64,000 bases of DNA from positions 434,001 through 498,000 of the forward strand of contig JAPDFW010000064.1 of the NCBI GenBank assembly GCA_028826165.1, in the 5' to 3' direction. How positions within the stretch are numbered: the first letter of the stretch is position 1; the number at the start of each line of letters is the position of its first letter. Below the pieces are notes generated by a model that saw nothing but the letters and a program-made list of their open reading frames with translations, ran no database searches and was not told where the DNA came from. This document shows positions 1 through 13,797 of the stretch, in pieces. A program made the translations under genes and the position numbers. The DNA is from Anaeramoeba ignava BMAN (taxonomy: Eukaryota; Protista; Anaeramoebae).

Positions 1-480
1 TAATTATATTTATAATAAAAATTATAATTATATTTATAATTAAATTTATAATTAAATTTATAATTAAATTTATAATTAAATTTATAATTAAATTTATAAT
101 TATATTTATAATTATATTTATAATTAAATTTATAATTAAATTTATAACAAAATTTAATTATATTTATAACAAAATTTATAATTAAATTTATAATTAAATT
201 TAAAATTTATAACAAAATTTATAATTAAATTTATAATTAAATTTATAATTAAATTTATAATTATATTTATAATTATATTTATAATTATATTTATAATTAA
301 ATTTATAATTAAATTTATAATTAAATTTATAATTAAATTTATAATTAAATTTATAATTATATTTATAAATAATTTTATAATTAAATTTATAACAAAATTT
401 ATAATTAAATTAATAATTAAATTTATATCAAAATTTATATCAAAATTTATAATTAAATTTATAATTAAATTTATATAAAT
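1..480. repeat. AT-only ~12-bp tandem repeat (AAATTTATAATT-like), probably an intron of the Rab gene
   Basis: Direct tandem units run up to the TTTAG acceptor at 494-498. Confidence 0.85.
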
Positions 481-498
481 ATTTCCATATTGGTTTAG

Positions 499-729
499 AA
501 ATATACAAAAGGAAAGGAATATAAAACTTTCCGAACAAGTGCAAAAGATGGAAGTAATGTTACAGATTTATTTCATTATATTGCTTCACAACTTAAAGAA
601 AAACCAATGGATGCAAATCCTTTAATAAGTGATGATGAACATCATAGAAACGTAATTCGTTTGGATTCTGATGAAACTGATTCTGAAAATGATCCACAAC
701 CAAAACCTAAGAAAAAACCTTGTTGTTGA
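499..729 (+). CDS. Rab-family small GTPase, last exon (5' part lies outside the window)
   Basis: After the AG acceptor it reads KYTKGKEYKTFRTSAKDGSNVTDLFHYIASQL...KPKKKPCC*. This has the G5 TSAK motif, a hypervariable tail and a C-terminal CC prenylation signal. Not in the ORF track. Confidence 0.88.
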   Translation, partial: KYTKGKEYKTFRTSAKDGSNVTDLFHYIASQLKEKPMDANPLISDDEHHRNVIRLDSDETDSENDPQPKPKKKPCC

Positions 730-997
730 ACTCCTCTTTCCTTTCATTCTTTTTTTCATGTCGAATTTCGATATTTTTTTTTTCTTTTCTTACTTTTTTT
801 TTTCTTCTTAAAATCTTCCTTTGAATTCTTTTAGGAAAAGAGTTGTTTAATTTTCCAGCTCAAAAAAAAAAATCATAAATAAATAAAAATCAGAATTGGT
901 TTTATTCCAAAAAAAAAAATTTTTTTTATTTAAAAAAAAAGTGGAATGAAGAAGAAACAAAACAAAATGAAACAAAACAAAACAAAATTTTGGAATT

Positions 998-3269
998 TTA
1001 AACAATTCTAAATTCTCCATTTTTAATTTGACTTAAAAGAATCCTTAATGTTCTTTCAGAACTACGAACAAAAAACTATTTAAAAATAAAAACAAAAAAA
1101 ATTAAATCTAAATTAAATTCTAAATAAAAATTAACTATTTTTCATACATCAAAAGGTCTTAATTCTGTTAAGATTCCTAAAATGATAGTATTTTGATCAA
1201 TTTGAAGTCTAATACAATCTCCTTTTCTAATAACAAGTTGATTATAAACTAATTTATTATCTTGGACTAAAACATTAATTTTTTGATCTGTTTTGGGATC
1301 TTTTTGATTTTGGATAAGATTTTTATCCCATTGTTGGTGTATTAAAGATACTAAATCAAAATATTTAAATCAATATTTAAATCAATATTTAAATCAATAT
1401 TAAATTAATATTTAAATTAATATTTAAATTATTTAAATTAATATTTAAATTAATATTTAAATTAATATTTAAATTAATATTTAAATTAATATTTAAATTA
1501 ATATTTAAATTAATATTTAAATTAATATTTAAATTAATATTTAAATTAATATTTAAATTAATATTTAAATTAATATTTAAATTAATATTTAAATTAATAT
1601 TTAAATTAATATTTAAATTAATATTTTAAATCAAAATATTTTAAATTAATATTTAAATTAATATTTAAATTAAAATCAAAATTAATATTTAAATCAATAT
1701 TTAAATTAATATTTAAATTAATATTTAAATTAATATTTAAATCAATATTTAAATTAATATTTAAATTAATATTTAAATTAATATTTAAATTAATATTTAA
1801 ATTGATATTTAAATTAATATTTAAATTAATATTTAAATTAATATTTAAATTAATATTTAAATTAATATATAAATTAATATTTAAATCAATATTTAAATTA
1901 ATATTTAAATTAATATTTAAATTAATATTTAAATTAATATTTAAATTAATATTTAAATTAATATTTAAAATCAATATTTAAATCAAATATTTAAATTAAT
2001 ATTTAAATTAATATTTAAATTAATATTTAAATTAATATTTAAATTAATATTTAAATTAATATTTAAATTAATATTTAAAATTAATATTTTAAATTAATTA
2101 TTTAAATTAATATTTAAATTAATATTTAAATTAATATTTAAATTAATATTTAAATTAATATTTAAATTAATATTTAAATTAATATTTAAATTAATATTTA
2201 AATTAATATTTAAAATTAATATTTAAATTAATATTTAAATTAATATTTTAAATTAATATTTAAAATTAATATTTTAAATCAATATATAAATTAAATATTT
2301 AAAATCAATATTTTAAATTAATATTTAAATTAATATTTAAATTAATATTTAAATTAATATTTAAATTAATATTTAAATTAATATTTAAATTAATATTTAA
2401 ATTAATATTTAAAAATATTTAAATTAATATTTAAAATCAATATTTAAATCAATATATAAATTAATATTTAAATTAATATTTAAATTAATATTTAAATTAA
2501 TATTAAATTAATATTTAAATTAATATTTTAAATAAATATTTAAATTAATATTTTAAATCAATGTTTAAATTAATATTTAAATCAATATTTAAATTAATAT
2601 TTAAATCAATATTTAAATTAATATTTAAATTAATATTTTAAATTAATATTTAAATTAATATTTAAATTAATATTTAAATTAATATTTAAAATAAATATTA
2701 AAATCAATATTTAAATTAATATTTAAATTAATATTTAAATTAATATTTAAATTAATATTTAAATCAATATTTAAATTAATATATAAATTAATATTTAAAT
2801 TAATATTTAAATTAATATTTAAATTAATATTTAAATTAATATTTAAATTAATATTTAAATCAATATTTAAATTAATATTTAAATTAATATTTAAATTAAT
2901 ATTTAAATTAATATTTAAATTAATATTTAAATTGATATTTAAATTAATATTAATATTTTTAAATTATTTACAATTTATTCCAAAATCAAAAATAGAAGGT
3001 TTTTTGTCAATAGATTCTGTAATTTTTTTTTGCAAAACTAAAATTCTATTTAAAAAATTTTTTTCAGCTTCAATTTTAGAAGCAAGAAATTTGACTTTAA
3101 TTTGTTGGGCTTTTTGATAAAATTCAATTGTTTCTTGATCAATATTTTGAGAATTTGTTTTTTCTTTTTCAATTTTATTTTCAATTTTATTTTCTAAATT
3201 ATTAATTGCGTTTAAATTTCTTGGATGTTTTCGATTTTTAAGAGATTTTTGTTGTTTGATTGAATTCAT
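998..3269 (-). CDS. SDS3: Sds3/BRMS1-like Sin3-HDAC complex subunit, 3 exons, ~192 aa
   Basis: Exons 3269-2972, 1350-1148 and 1075-998 join in frame across GT-AG introns. The C-terminus VLVQDNKLVYNQLVIRKGDCIRLQ...FFVRSSERTLRILLSQIKNGEFRIV matches, from memory, the SUDS3 C-terminal domain pattern (RIEDGKLYY...IWVRK...MRIYLGQLQRGLFVI). The N-terminus is coiled-coil-like. Confidence 0.65.
1351..2971. repeat. 1.6-kb intron made of a 12-bp tandem repeat (ATATTTAAATTA)n
   Basis: The array is bounded by a minus-strand GTAAAT donor (2971) and TTTAG acceptor (1351). Confidence 0.9.
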
Positions 3270-3363
3270 TATTTAATAAAAAAAATGAAAAAAAAAAATG
3301 AAAAAAAAATTTTTAAAATCAAAAATCATTTTTTTTTCATTTTTCTTTTTTTTTTATTAAATA
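3270..3363. promoter_or_regulatory. 94-bp bidirectional promoter with two TCATTTTT initiator-like motifs on each strand
   Basis: Divergent ATGs at 3269(-) and 3364(+). TCA cores at 3286-3288 and 3299-3301 (-), and at 3326-3328 and 3337-3339 (+). Confidence 0.6.
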
Positions 3364-5307
3364 ATGAAATTTGAAGTTTTTGATATTGATTTATCAACTG
3401 AAAAAGAAAAAAAACAAGAAAATAATATTCAAATTCAATCTTCAAATAATAAAACAAATCAAAAATTTATTAATTTTGATGATCTTAATATTTCAAATCA
3501 AACAAAAATTGCAATTAAAGAAATGGGATTTCAAGCAATGACAGATATTCAAAGAGAATCTATTCCTTTAATTCTTTCTGGTTCAGATTTAATAGGTGCT
3601 GCAAAAACAGGAAGTGGAAAAACTCTTGCATTTTTAATTCCAATAATTGAAATACTTTTAAAATCAAATCTTTCTCAAAAAAGTATTTTCAAAATTAAAA
3701 TTAAAATTAAAATTAAAATCAAAATTAAAATTAAAATTAAAATTAAAAATTAAAATTAAAATCAAAATTAAAATTAAAAATTAAAATTAAAATTAAAATT
3801 AAAATCAAAATTAAAATTAAAATTAAAATCAAAATCAAAATTAAAATTAAAATCAAAATTAAAATCAAAAATCAAAATTAAAATTAAAATTAAAAATAAA
3901 ATTAAAATTAATATTAAAATGAAAATTCATTTATAAAATTAAAATTCATTTATAAAATTAAAATTCATTTATAAAATTATAATTAAAATTAAAATTTGTT
4001 TTTAAAAGAAATGGGTGGAATTGTGTTAGCTCCAACAAGGGAATTAGCATATCAAATACATCAAGTTGCAGAATTCTTATTTAAATATCATAATTTTAAA
4101 TGTTGTTTAATAATCGGAGGATTTAGTAGACAAAAACAAACAGAAATATTAGAAAAAGGAACAAATCTTATAATCGGAACACCAGGAAGATTATTAGATC
4201 ATCTTCAGCAAACAAAAGGATTTAATTATCAGGAATTAAAAATATTAGTTTTTGATGAAGCAGATAGAATGCTAGAAATTGGATTTTCTGAAACAATTTC
4301 AAAAATATTGAAAATTCTCCCAAAAAAAAGACAAACAATTCTTTTTTCAGCAACATTATCACCATCTATAAAAGATTTAATTCGTTTATCATTCCAATCT
4401 CAACCAATTTATATAAACGTTGATCAAAATAGCGAAATTTCAACTGTTAAAGAACTCCAACAGGGATTTATTCAATGCTTTGAAGAAGAAAGATTTTTGA
4501 TTCTTTTTATGCTTCTTCATTCATTCAGAAAAAATCATAAAGTTATTGTCTATTTCTCAACAATTAAATCAGTTAAATTCCACAAAGAATTATTAAGTGA
4601 ATTGAATATGGTTGTATATACACTTTATGGAAAGCAAAAGCAAGAAGAAAGACAAAATACTTTTGAAAATTTTTGCAAAACAAATTCTGGTATTTTACTT
4701 TCAACAAATGTAGCAGCAAGAGGTTAATTTCATTGATAAAAAAAATATTAATAATTTTAATTTTAATTTTAATTTTGTAATTTTATTATTTTTTTTTTAG
4801 GTTTAGATATTCCTGATGTGGATTGGGTTATTCAATACGATCCACCTAATTCTCTTGAGGTATTTTTTTTTGAAAAGAAAACAAAGCAAAACGCAAAGTT
4901 TCTTTTCAAAATTTCTTTCAATTTCTTTAACAATTTTTTTTTTAATTAGGATTATATCCATAGAGTTGGTAGAACAGCAAGAGCAGGGAAAATCTGGAAA
5001 TGCAATACTATTCCTTTTATCACATGAACTAAAATTTCTTGAATATCTACAAAATTTTGGTGTTCCACTTTCTGAATATGAATTTTCAGAAGAAAAAATT
5101 CCTCAAATTCAAACTTTAATAGAAAGCAAAATTGAAAAAAATGAAATTTTGTTTCGGTTGGCTAAAAAAGCATATCTTGCTTTTATTCATGCTTATTCTT
5201 CTCATTCCTTGAAAGATGTTTTTGATTTTTCTAAATTAGATTTTCTTGCAATTTCTAAATCATTTGGTTTACTAAATCCACCAAAAATTTTAAATATTGG
5301 AAATTAA
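3364..5307 (+). CDS. DDX18: DEAD-box RNA helicase HAS1/DDX18-like, 4 exons, one apparent +1 frameshift at 4989-4992
   Basis: Exons 3364-3682, 4009-4722, 4801-4859 and 4950-5307. Motifs: Q motif, [45 protein letters not shown]. The Has1-type C-terminus [22 protein letters not shown]...SFGL..PP is reached only if one A is removed from GGGAAAATCT. Confidence 0.9.
3690..3995. repeat. (AAAATT/AAAATC)n microsatellite in helicase intron 1
   Basis: Hexamer tandem array between the GTATTT donor (3683) and the AAG acceptor (4008). Confidence 0.9.
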
Positions 5308-7671
5308 ATAAATTTTTTTTAAATAAATTTCTCCATAAAATTTTCTTTTTTAAAAAATTTCGCGTTATTTATCTCTTCATTTTTTCTTCAAAATTGAATA
5401 TTTTTCATAAAAAATTTTTTTTGGTTTGTTTGGTTTTCAGAAACAAAAAAAACATTTTAAGTAAACTCAAAATATTTGCACATTCCTTTGCTAATGAAAA
5501 AAAATATACATTTTTTGAAATGAATTTCGCAAATTTTTTTTTTAATTTTTTGTAGCTTCTAAATTCTTGAATATCATGTAATTTTGGTATTGAATGGTTT
5601 AAATTTAAATTTAAACTTAAACTTAAATTTTTCATTTTGTATTTTTTGAATTTTTTTAAATAGAAAAATTATGAAACTAATTGCAAAACTGTTCAATTTT
5701 GTTTTATGGAATAACACTACAAGCTCTTATTTAGCTAATATATTTTTTTTGTTGAAAAAAGGGGTTAAATTTGATACACAGCTTTTGCTTTGAATGAATT
5801 GGAAAAAAATTTTTTTTTTTTGCAAAGATAAGAAAAAGCAAAGTACTTTAAAAGTAACAATAAACAATAGCAATTCCATCAAAATAGTATACTTTTAAAT
5901 GTAAATATTAAACATTCGAAAATGATTAAAAAATAACAACAAAAATCCATTCATATTATCAAAAATATAAATTGCATTAATAATTAAAAAGCTACAATAA
6001 AATCATAAATAATGTTTAAATAAATTTTATAAATAAAAGAAACGATAATTAACGAAATTAATATAGATCATTTGAAATCAAATATTAATAATAAAAGTTC
6101 GAATAACCATCATAAACATAATCATAATCATAATCATCTGCAAACTAAATTAAATTAAATTAAATTAAATTAAATTAAATTAAATTATTGATTTACAAAA
6201 TAACCATAATCATTGCGTACTTCAATTTTGATCATTCCTATTTTCGCTAATCAGTTAAATTAATACAAAAACTTGAAAATTTAATTTTGATTTTAATTTT
6301 AATTTGACAAAAAAAAATAAGAAAAAAAAAATGAGAGAATTTGTTAAAAAGTTATTCTCTTTTTTTTTTTTTTCTTATTTCTCTTTTCGAAATGAAAAAA
6401 CAAAATTAATTTTTATTGATAAACTAATATTTTTACAAACTAATTTTAATTTATTTGTATAACTGATTAATATTTCGATCATTTTGATCCTTTTTTATTT
6501 ATTTCTATTAATTAAAAAAAAAAAAGATTGCAAAAAAAAATTAGAAAAAAACTCAAAAAGTTACTAAAAGTGATCCTTTGTTGATATTAATAATTTTAAT
6601 TGCAATAATTTTTGGGCAAATTATTTGGATTTATATAAAACAAAAAAACAAACAAACAAAGTAAAAAAATATTTTGATCTGTTTTTATTACACTCAACAA
6701 ATAGCAAAAAAAAAAATAGTAAAAATGAAAAGGAATATTTTTATTCAAAAAAAATAATTTTTTTGGAATTTCCAGATTGTTATAATAATTTATCAGAAAA
6801 AACCCCTTAATTAATTTAATTAACAAAATACCTCTTTATAAAAGCACAGATTACTAAATTTTAGTTTTTGAATTTACTTAATTATTTAGAAACTTACTTG
6901 AATTTTTTTTTAAAAATTTTTTTATAAAAGGATGAAGAAAAAAATGAAAAGAAAAACCAATTTTAATGAATGGCAAAATTTTTTCGAAATGAAAACTCAC
7001 TTAATTTTTGTATTATTAATCAAAATTAATTGCTAAAAAATCAACTTACAACTATTTATACAACTATTTATGTTTAAAAGAATTTAATTCAGAAAAAAAA
7101 CACAAAAAAACAATAAAAAAAATTACTTTATTTTTCCTTAATAAGAAGAGAAGATTTAAACTTGTTTAAAGTATTTTCTTTGTTTAAAATACAAGTGATG
7201 CAATTATTAAAATTAGTTCAAAATTGTTTGTCGCTTTGTTGTAATTTTTTTATTAATAAAAAGAAGTTTGTTTATTGTTTATGCGAAAAATGCTTTATTA
7301 TTTGTTTAAAAAGTTGAATTTGTGTTCATACATCCAAAAAACAAAAAAAAATATTAAGGAGAAAAATGAAAAAACTTTACTTAAAAATGGATTTTTTTAA
7401 TCAAAAGAAAAAAAGAGAAAAAAAAGAATGATTATTATAGCAATTTTAAATCAAATTTAGTTCTATGTTTTCAATTGTTTTGCTTTTAACTTTTCTGAAT
7501 GAAGAGAATTAAAGAACAAAAAAAAAAGAGTTGTTGTATAAATTGTTGATAAATTGAAAACGGAATTCTTGCAAGTTTTGAAAAGTATTGTTTGTTTTTT
7601 CCATAATTTCTTAATCATTGAATTCCACATTTGAATTTTTTGGACATTTATCTAATTTTTTCTAATTTTTT

Positions 7672-10600
7672 GGAATTGAATTAAATATTGAATTGAATTA
7701 AATATTGAATTAAATTAAAAATTAAATATTGAATATTAAATATTGAATTAAATTAAAAATTAAATATTGAATATTAAATATTGAATTAAATTAAAAATTA
7801 AATATTGAATATTAAATATTGAATTAAATTAAAAATTAAATTGAATTAAATATTAAATATTGAATTGAATATTGAATTAAATATTAAATTGAATTGAATT
7901 GAATTGAATTGAATTAAATATTAAATTGAATTGAATTAAATATTAAATATTAAATATTAAATATTAAATTGAATTAAATATTGAATTAAATATTGAATTG
8001 AATTAAATTGAATTAAATATTGAATTAAATATTAAATTGAATTGAATATTAAATATTGAATTAAATTGAATTAAATTAAAAATTAAATATTGGAATTGAA
8101 TTAAATATTGAATTGAATTGAATATTAAATTGAATTAAATATTAAATTGAATTAAATATTAAATATTGAATTGAATAATTGAATTAAATATCGAATTGAA
8201 TTGAATTGAATTGAATTAAAATAAATATTAAATATTGAATTGAATTAAATATTAAATATTGAATTGAATTAAATATTGAATTGAATTGAATATTAAATAT
8301 TAAAATTAATGGAATTGAATTGAATTGAATTGAATTGAATATTAAATATTGAATTGAATTAAATATTAAATATTAAATATTGGAATTGAATTGAATATTG
8401 GAATTGAATTGAATTGAATTGAATTGAATTGAATTGAATATTAAATATTGAATTAAATTAAATATTAAATATTAAATATTGAATTGAATTGAATATTGAA
8501 TTGAATTGAATTGAATTATTGAATTGAATTGAATTAAATTAAATATTAAATATTAAATTGAATTGAATTGAATTAAATTAAATATTAAATTGAATTGAAA
8601 TTGAATATTAAATATTAAAATTGAATTGAATATTGAAATAAACATCGAATTAAAATTGAATTGAATTGAATTGAATTGAATTGAATTGGAATTAAATATT
8701 AAATTAAATTGAATTAAATTGAATTAAATATTAAAATTAAATTGAATTAAATATTAAATTGAATTGAATTGAATTGAATTAAATATTAAATATTAAATAT
8801 TGAATTAAATTGAATTAAATATTGAATTAAATTAAATTAAATTAAATATTAAATTGAATTGAATTGAATTAAATATTAAATATTAAATATTAAATATTAA
8901 AATTAAATTAAATATTGAATTAAATTGAATTGAATATTAAATTGAATATTGAATTGAATTAAATTGAATTGAATTGAATATTAAATATTGAATATTAAAT
9001 ATTAAATTGAATTAAATATTATTGAATTAAATATTAAATTGAATAAAATTGAATTGAATATGAAATTGAATATTGAATATTGAATATTAAAATTAAATTG
9101 AATAAATATTGAATGAATTAAATATTGAATTAAATTAAAAATTAAATAAAATTGAATTAAATTAAAAATTGAATTAAATTTAAAAATTAAAATTAAAAAA
9201 TTAAAATGAATTGAATATTAAATATTGAATTAAATTAAATTAAAAAATGATTAAAATTAAATTTGAATTGAATTAAATATTAAAATTGAATTGGAATTGA
9301 ATTGAAATTGAATTGAAATTGAATTGAATTAAATAATTGAATTAAAATATTAAAATATTAAATATTGAATTGAATTGAATATTAAATTGAATTGAATATT
9401 AAATTAAACTTGAATTAAATATTGAATAATTTGAATTGAATATTAAATATTGAATTAAATATTAAATTGAAATTAAATATTGGAATTAAATGAATTAAAA
9501 TTAAAATAAAATTAAAATTGAAAATGAATTGAATTAAAATTGAATTGAATTGAATTAAATATTGAATTGAATGGAAATTGAATTGAATTGAATTAAATAT
9601 TAAAATTAAATTAAATTGGAATTGAATTTAAATTGAATTAAATTATTGAATTGAATTGAATGAATTAAATATTAAATATTGAATTAAATGGAAAAAATTA
9701 AATATTGAAAATTGAATATTAAATATTAAATATTGAATTGAATTGAATTGGAATTGAATTGAATTAAATATTGAATTGAATTAAATTGAATTGAATTAAA
9801 ATTAAATTAAATTAAATTAAAAATTGAAATTAAAATTGAATTAAATATTGAATAAAATTGAATATTAAATTGAATTAAAAATGAATTGAATTGAAATTGA
9901 AAATAGGAATTAAATATTGAATTGAAATTGAATTGAATTGAATTGAATTAAATATTGAATTGAATTGAATTTAAAAAATTGAATTGAATTGAATTGAATT
10001 GAATTGTGGTGAATAAATATTAAATTGAATTGAATTGGAATGAATGAAATGGAATTGAATTGAATTGGAATTGAATTGGAAATTAAATATTGAATTGAAT
10101 TGAATTAAAATTGAATTGGAATTAAATATTGAATTGAATTGGAATTGGAATTGAATTGAATTAAATATTAAATTGAATTAAATATTGAATTGAATTAAAA
10201 TTAAATTGAATTGGAATTGAATTAAATATTAAATATTGAAATTGAAATTAAATTAAAATATTAAAAATTAAATATTGAATCGAATTAAATATTGAATTGA
10301 ATTGAATTGAATTGAATTGAATTGAATCAAATATTAAATATTGAATTAAATATCGAATTGAATTAAATATTAAATATTGAATTGAATTGAATCGAATTGA
10401 ATTGAATTGAATTGAATATTGAATTGAATTGAATATTAAATATTAAAATAAATTGAATTGAATTAAATATCGAATTAAATAGAATTAAAAATTGAATTGA
10501 AATTGAATTAAATATTAAAATTGAAATTGAATTGAATTGAAATTGAATATTAAAGAAATATTAAATTGAATTGAATATTAAATTAAATATTAAATATTAA

Positions 10601-11030
10601 AATTGAATTGAATATTAAAATTAAATATTAAATATTAAATTGAATTGAATTAAATTGAATTAAATTGAATTGAATTGAATTAAATTAAATATTAAAATAT
10701 TAAATTGAATTAAATTAAATATTGAATTAAATATTGAATATTGAATTGAATTGAATTGAATTGAATTGAATTGAATTGAATTGAATTGAATATTAAATAT
10801 TGAATAGAATTGAATTGAATTGAATATTAAATATTAAATATTGAATTAAATTGAATTAAATTGAATTAAATTAAATTAAATATTGAATTGAATTGAATTG
10901 AATTAAATATTGAAAATTAAAGATTGAATTAAATTAAATTAAATTAAATTAAATATCGAATTAAAAATTAAATCGAATTAAATATCGAATTAAATATCGA
11001 ATTAAAGATTAAATTGAATTAAATTGATAA
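7672..11030. repeat. 3.3-kb degenerate satellite of mixed GAATT / AAATT / AAATATT units
   Basis: Continuous 5- and 7-bp units; G is almost entirely confined to the + strand. Confidence 0.92.
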
Positions 11031-11863
11031 TTCCTTTAAAAAATTATTTATAAAAAGCAAAAAAAAAGAATAAATTTTTGGAAAAGCAAAAAAAAATTCA
11101 TTTATATTTATTAAAAATAATTACAGAAATAAATACAAAAACTTACAAATTTACTTGATTTTAAGCCAAAATTAATCATTTCTTAAAATTTTCTTTTAAA
11201 ATTTTTTTAATCAATAAGAACAATAGGGGGCAAGATAATAAATTTCCCAATCTTTTGGAAATATATATTTTACAAAGAACAAAATGCTTAAAAATAAATA
11301 AACGATCGCTGGAAAACACATAAGCATGAACAACAAAGAAATTTGATCATGATCGTTCGAAAAAAAAGGATGAACCTTAAAGAAAAGAAAAGACCATATT
11401 TGGAAAGTAAGGCAACGTAGAAAGAAAATCCAATACTCAGATAGAAGGCCTAATATTGAAATTTCTTGAGAAAATAATGGAAACGTGAAAATGAACAAAA
11501 CTTGATATTTTGCCCCCAGAAAAACAAATCACTAGAAAATAGATTAAAAATAAATTAGAAGCAATTAGTAAATCGATTTGAAATATATAAAATCTCTTCA
11601 CAAAAAAGAAATAGTAAAACAAACAAACAAATAAACAATTCATTTGATAAATTTATGCATAAAAAAAATCAATAACAATTTTTACTAATTACATGATTGT
11701 AGGCTAATATTGGTCATAATAAGTGGTGACGGAGACATGGATCAAAAAGAATGGCATTTCAACTCAACAATTTGTAAATTAAAATTAAAAAAAAATATAT
11801 CTAGAAAAAAAAATATGTAAAGCACAAAAAATAATGAAGATAAATCCTCATTTTTTTTTTTCT

Positions 11864-13618
11864 ATGTTTTCTTCAAAAAATTTGTTACAAGATTATGTTT
11901 TTCAAAAAACTCTAGGAATAGGAAGTTTTGCAAAAGTAAAGCTCGCAACTCATATCCCAACAAACTGTGAAGTAAGCAAAATATTTTTTTTAGCATTTTT
12001 TTTTAATTAGACAAATTGGCAAATTATGTGGAATTTATTGTTTTATTTAACTATTTTTTTTTTTAAAATGTTTTTGCTTTTTTTTTATTGAATTTGATTT
12101 AATTTATTTTGATTTATTTTTTGTTTTTGGTTTTGTTTCTTAACTCAAAAAATTAAAAAAAAACTAAAAAAAGGTTGCGATCAAAATTATGAAACAAGAT
12201 TTAATTGCACAGAACAAAAAAAATCAAGAAAGATTAAAAAGAGAAATTCAAATCTTAAAAAGTTTACAGCATCAACATGTGATTCAACTTTTTGAAATTA
12301 TTGAAACTAAGAAAAAGATTTATCTTGTGATGGAATATGTCAAAGGAGGAGAACTACTAGAACTAATTCAGAAAAAGGGAAAAATCCAAGAGCATGAAGC
12401 AAGGAAAATAATTATTCAAGTAGCATCAGGTAAATCGATTCAAATGAAATTCAAAAAAAAAATTCATTTTCGAATTTTGATTATTAAAATAAAAAAAAAT
12501 TTTTTTTTTCTCTTCAAATAAAATGAATAGGTCTTTCATATTGTCATCAAATGGGAATTGTTCACCGAGATATTAAACCAGAAAATCTACTATTAGACGG
12601 GGATGGAAATGTTGTAATTATTGATTTTGGATTATCAAATTTTTTCCAGAAGGATGAACTATTTAAAACTGCTTGTGGTTCACCGATATATTCTCCACCC
12701 GAAATTCTTCTTGGAGAGGAATATCCAGGAGAAAAGGTGGATATTTGGTCTATGGGAATTGTTTTATACACCTTAGTTTGCGGTAAATCTCCATTTGCAG
12801 GAGAAAATATCAGAGCAGTCTGTGATAATATCTTGCATCAAAAGGTTCAATTTCCGAGTTTTATATCACGTGAACTTGAAGATCTTCTCACTCAAATTCT
12901 AGAGAAGAATCCTGTTTTAAGGGCAACAATGCCTGAGATACTATCTCACCCTTGGATCCAATATGAAAAAGAATTATGCAATTTTGAATTCAAACAAAAC
13001 AATTGCAATTCTCAAGAAATGGATGATCCAGTTATTTCTTCACAACTCTCCCAAATGGGAGTTTCCTTGAAATCTGTCAAGGAATCGCTACATGAACAGA
13101 AATTTGATTCAGCAATGGCAAAATATCTCATTGTAAAGAAAAACAAAAAAAAATTACAAAGAAGATTAAAAAGGAAAGCTTGTGAAAATTCAACAACAAT
13201 TAACACCTCTTCACAACAAGAAAAAGACAAAGATCCAAACAATAAAAAGGTTACATCAGAATCTTTTCAGGACGAAGAGTATAAAAGAAATCGAATCACA
13301 ACAACCAATTCCAAACAAAGAAATTATCTTTTCGAATGTCTAATCCCAAAAATTATCACAATTTCCAAATGTAGTTCAAAGCCTTTCGATGAAATAATCA
13401 AGGAAATTCGAAAAAAAACAGAGGAGATTTCTCTTCGTTATACTCAAAATTCAATTTCTAGTTTTCAATGTGAAAATGATTTGGTTAAATTTGATATTCA
13501 AATATCAAAAATAGTTTGTGATAATAATTTTTATTTGATTCAATTTATTCAAAAAGAAGGAAATTTTATTGAGTTTGAAAAGATTTGGAAAGAATTATTT
13601 TTTTGTTTGGAAATTTAG
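11864..13618 (+). CDS. AMPK/SNF1/MARK-related (CAMKL) Ser/Thr kinase with UBA-like and KA1-like C-terminus, 3 exons
   Basis: Exons 11864-11971, 12174-12429 and 12531-13618. Motifs LGIGSFAKVK, VAIK, HRDIKPEN, DFG, TACGSPIYSPPE, DIWSMG. The C-terminus VKFDIQISKI...FIQKEGNFIEFEKIWKELF is KA1-like. An alternative in-frame ATG lies at 11834. Confidence 0.9.
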
Positions 13619-13797
13619 ATCAATTTTGTTTATTTTCTGTTATTGTTTCTGTTTCTTTTTTTTTTTTTTTAGTTTTAACCAAGAAATGTTGATTAGATGA
13701 AGGAAAGAAAAATTTTTTTCACAAAGAATTTCAAAATTTCTTTTTTCATTTTTTTTTTCTTCTTCAAATTATTAAAATATAAGTTTTACAAAGGAAA

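Noticed and set aside
1618-1974. ORF of NINL repeats, and similar KI/KL/NF/KY/FVCL/QTNK ORFs at 14087-14438, 22599-23365, 40251-40870, 41729-42686 and 55063-55299
   Set aside because: These are translations of intronic or antisense microsatellites. The flanking exons splice in frame around them.
7672-11030. Telomeric repeat or heat-shock-element array
   Set aside because: Internal, heterogeneous and without G-runs. The GAA units are direct rather than alternating nGAAn/nTTCn.
11690-11770. GC-richer patch upstream of the kinase as a possible snoRNA/snRNA
   Set aside because: No convincing C/D or H/ACA boxes, Sm site or stable stem found.
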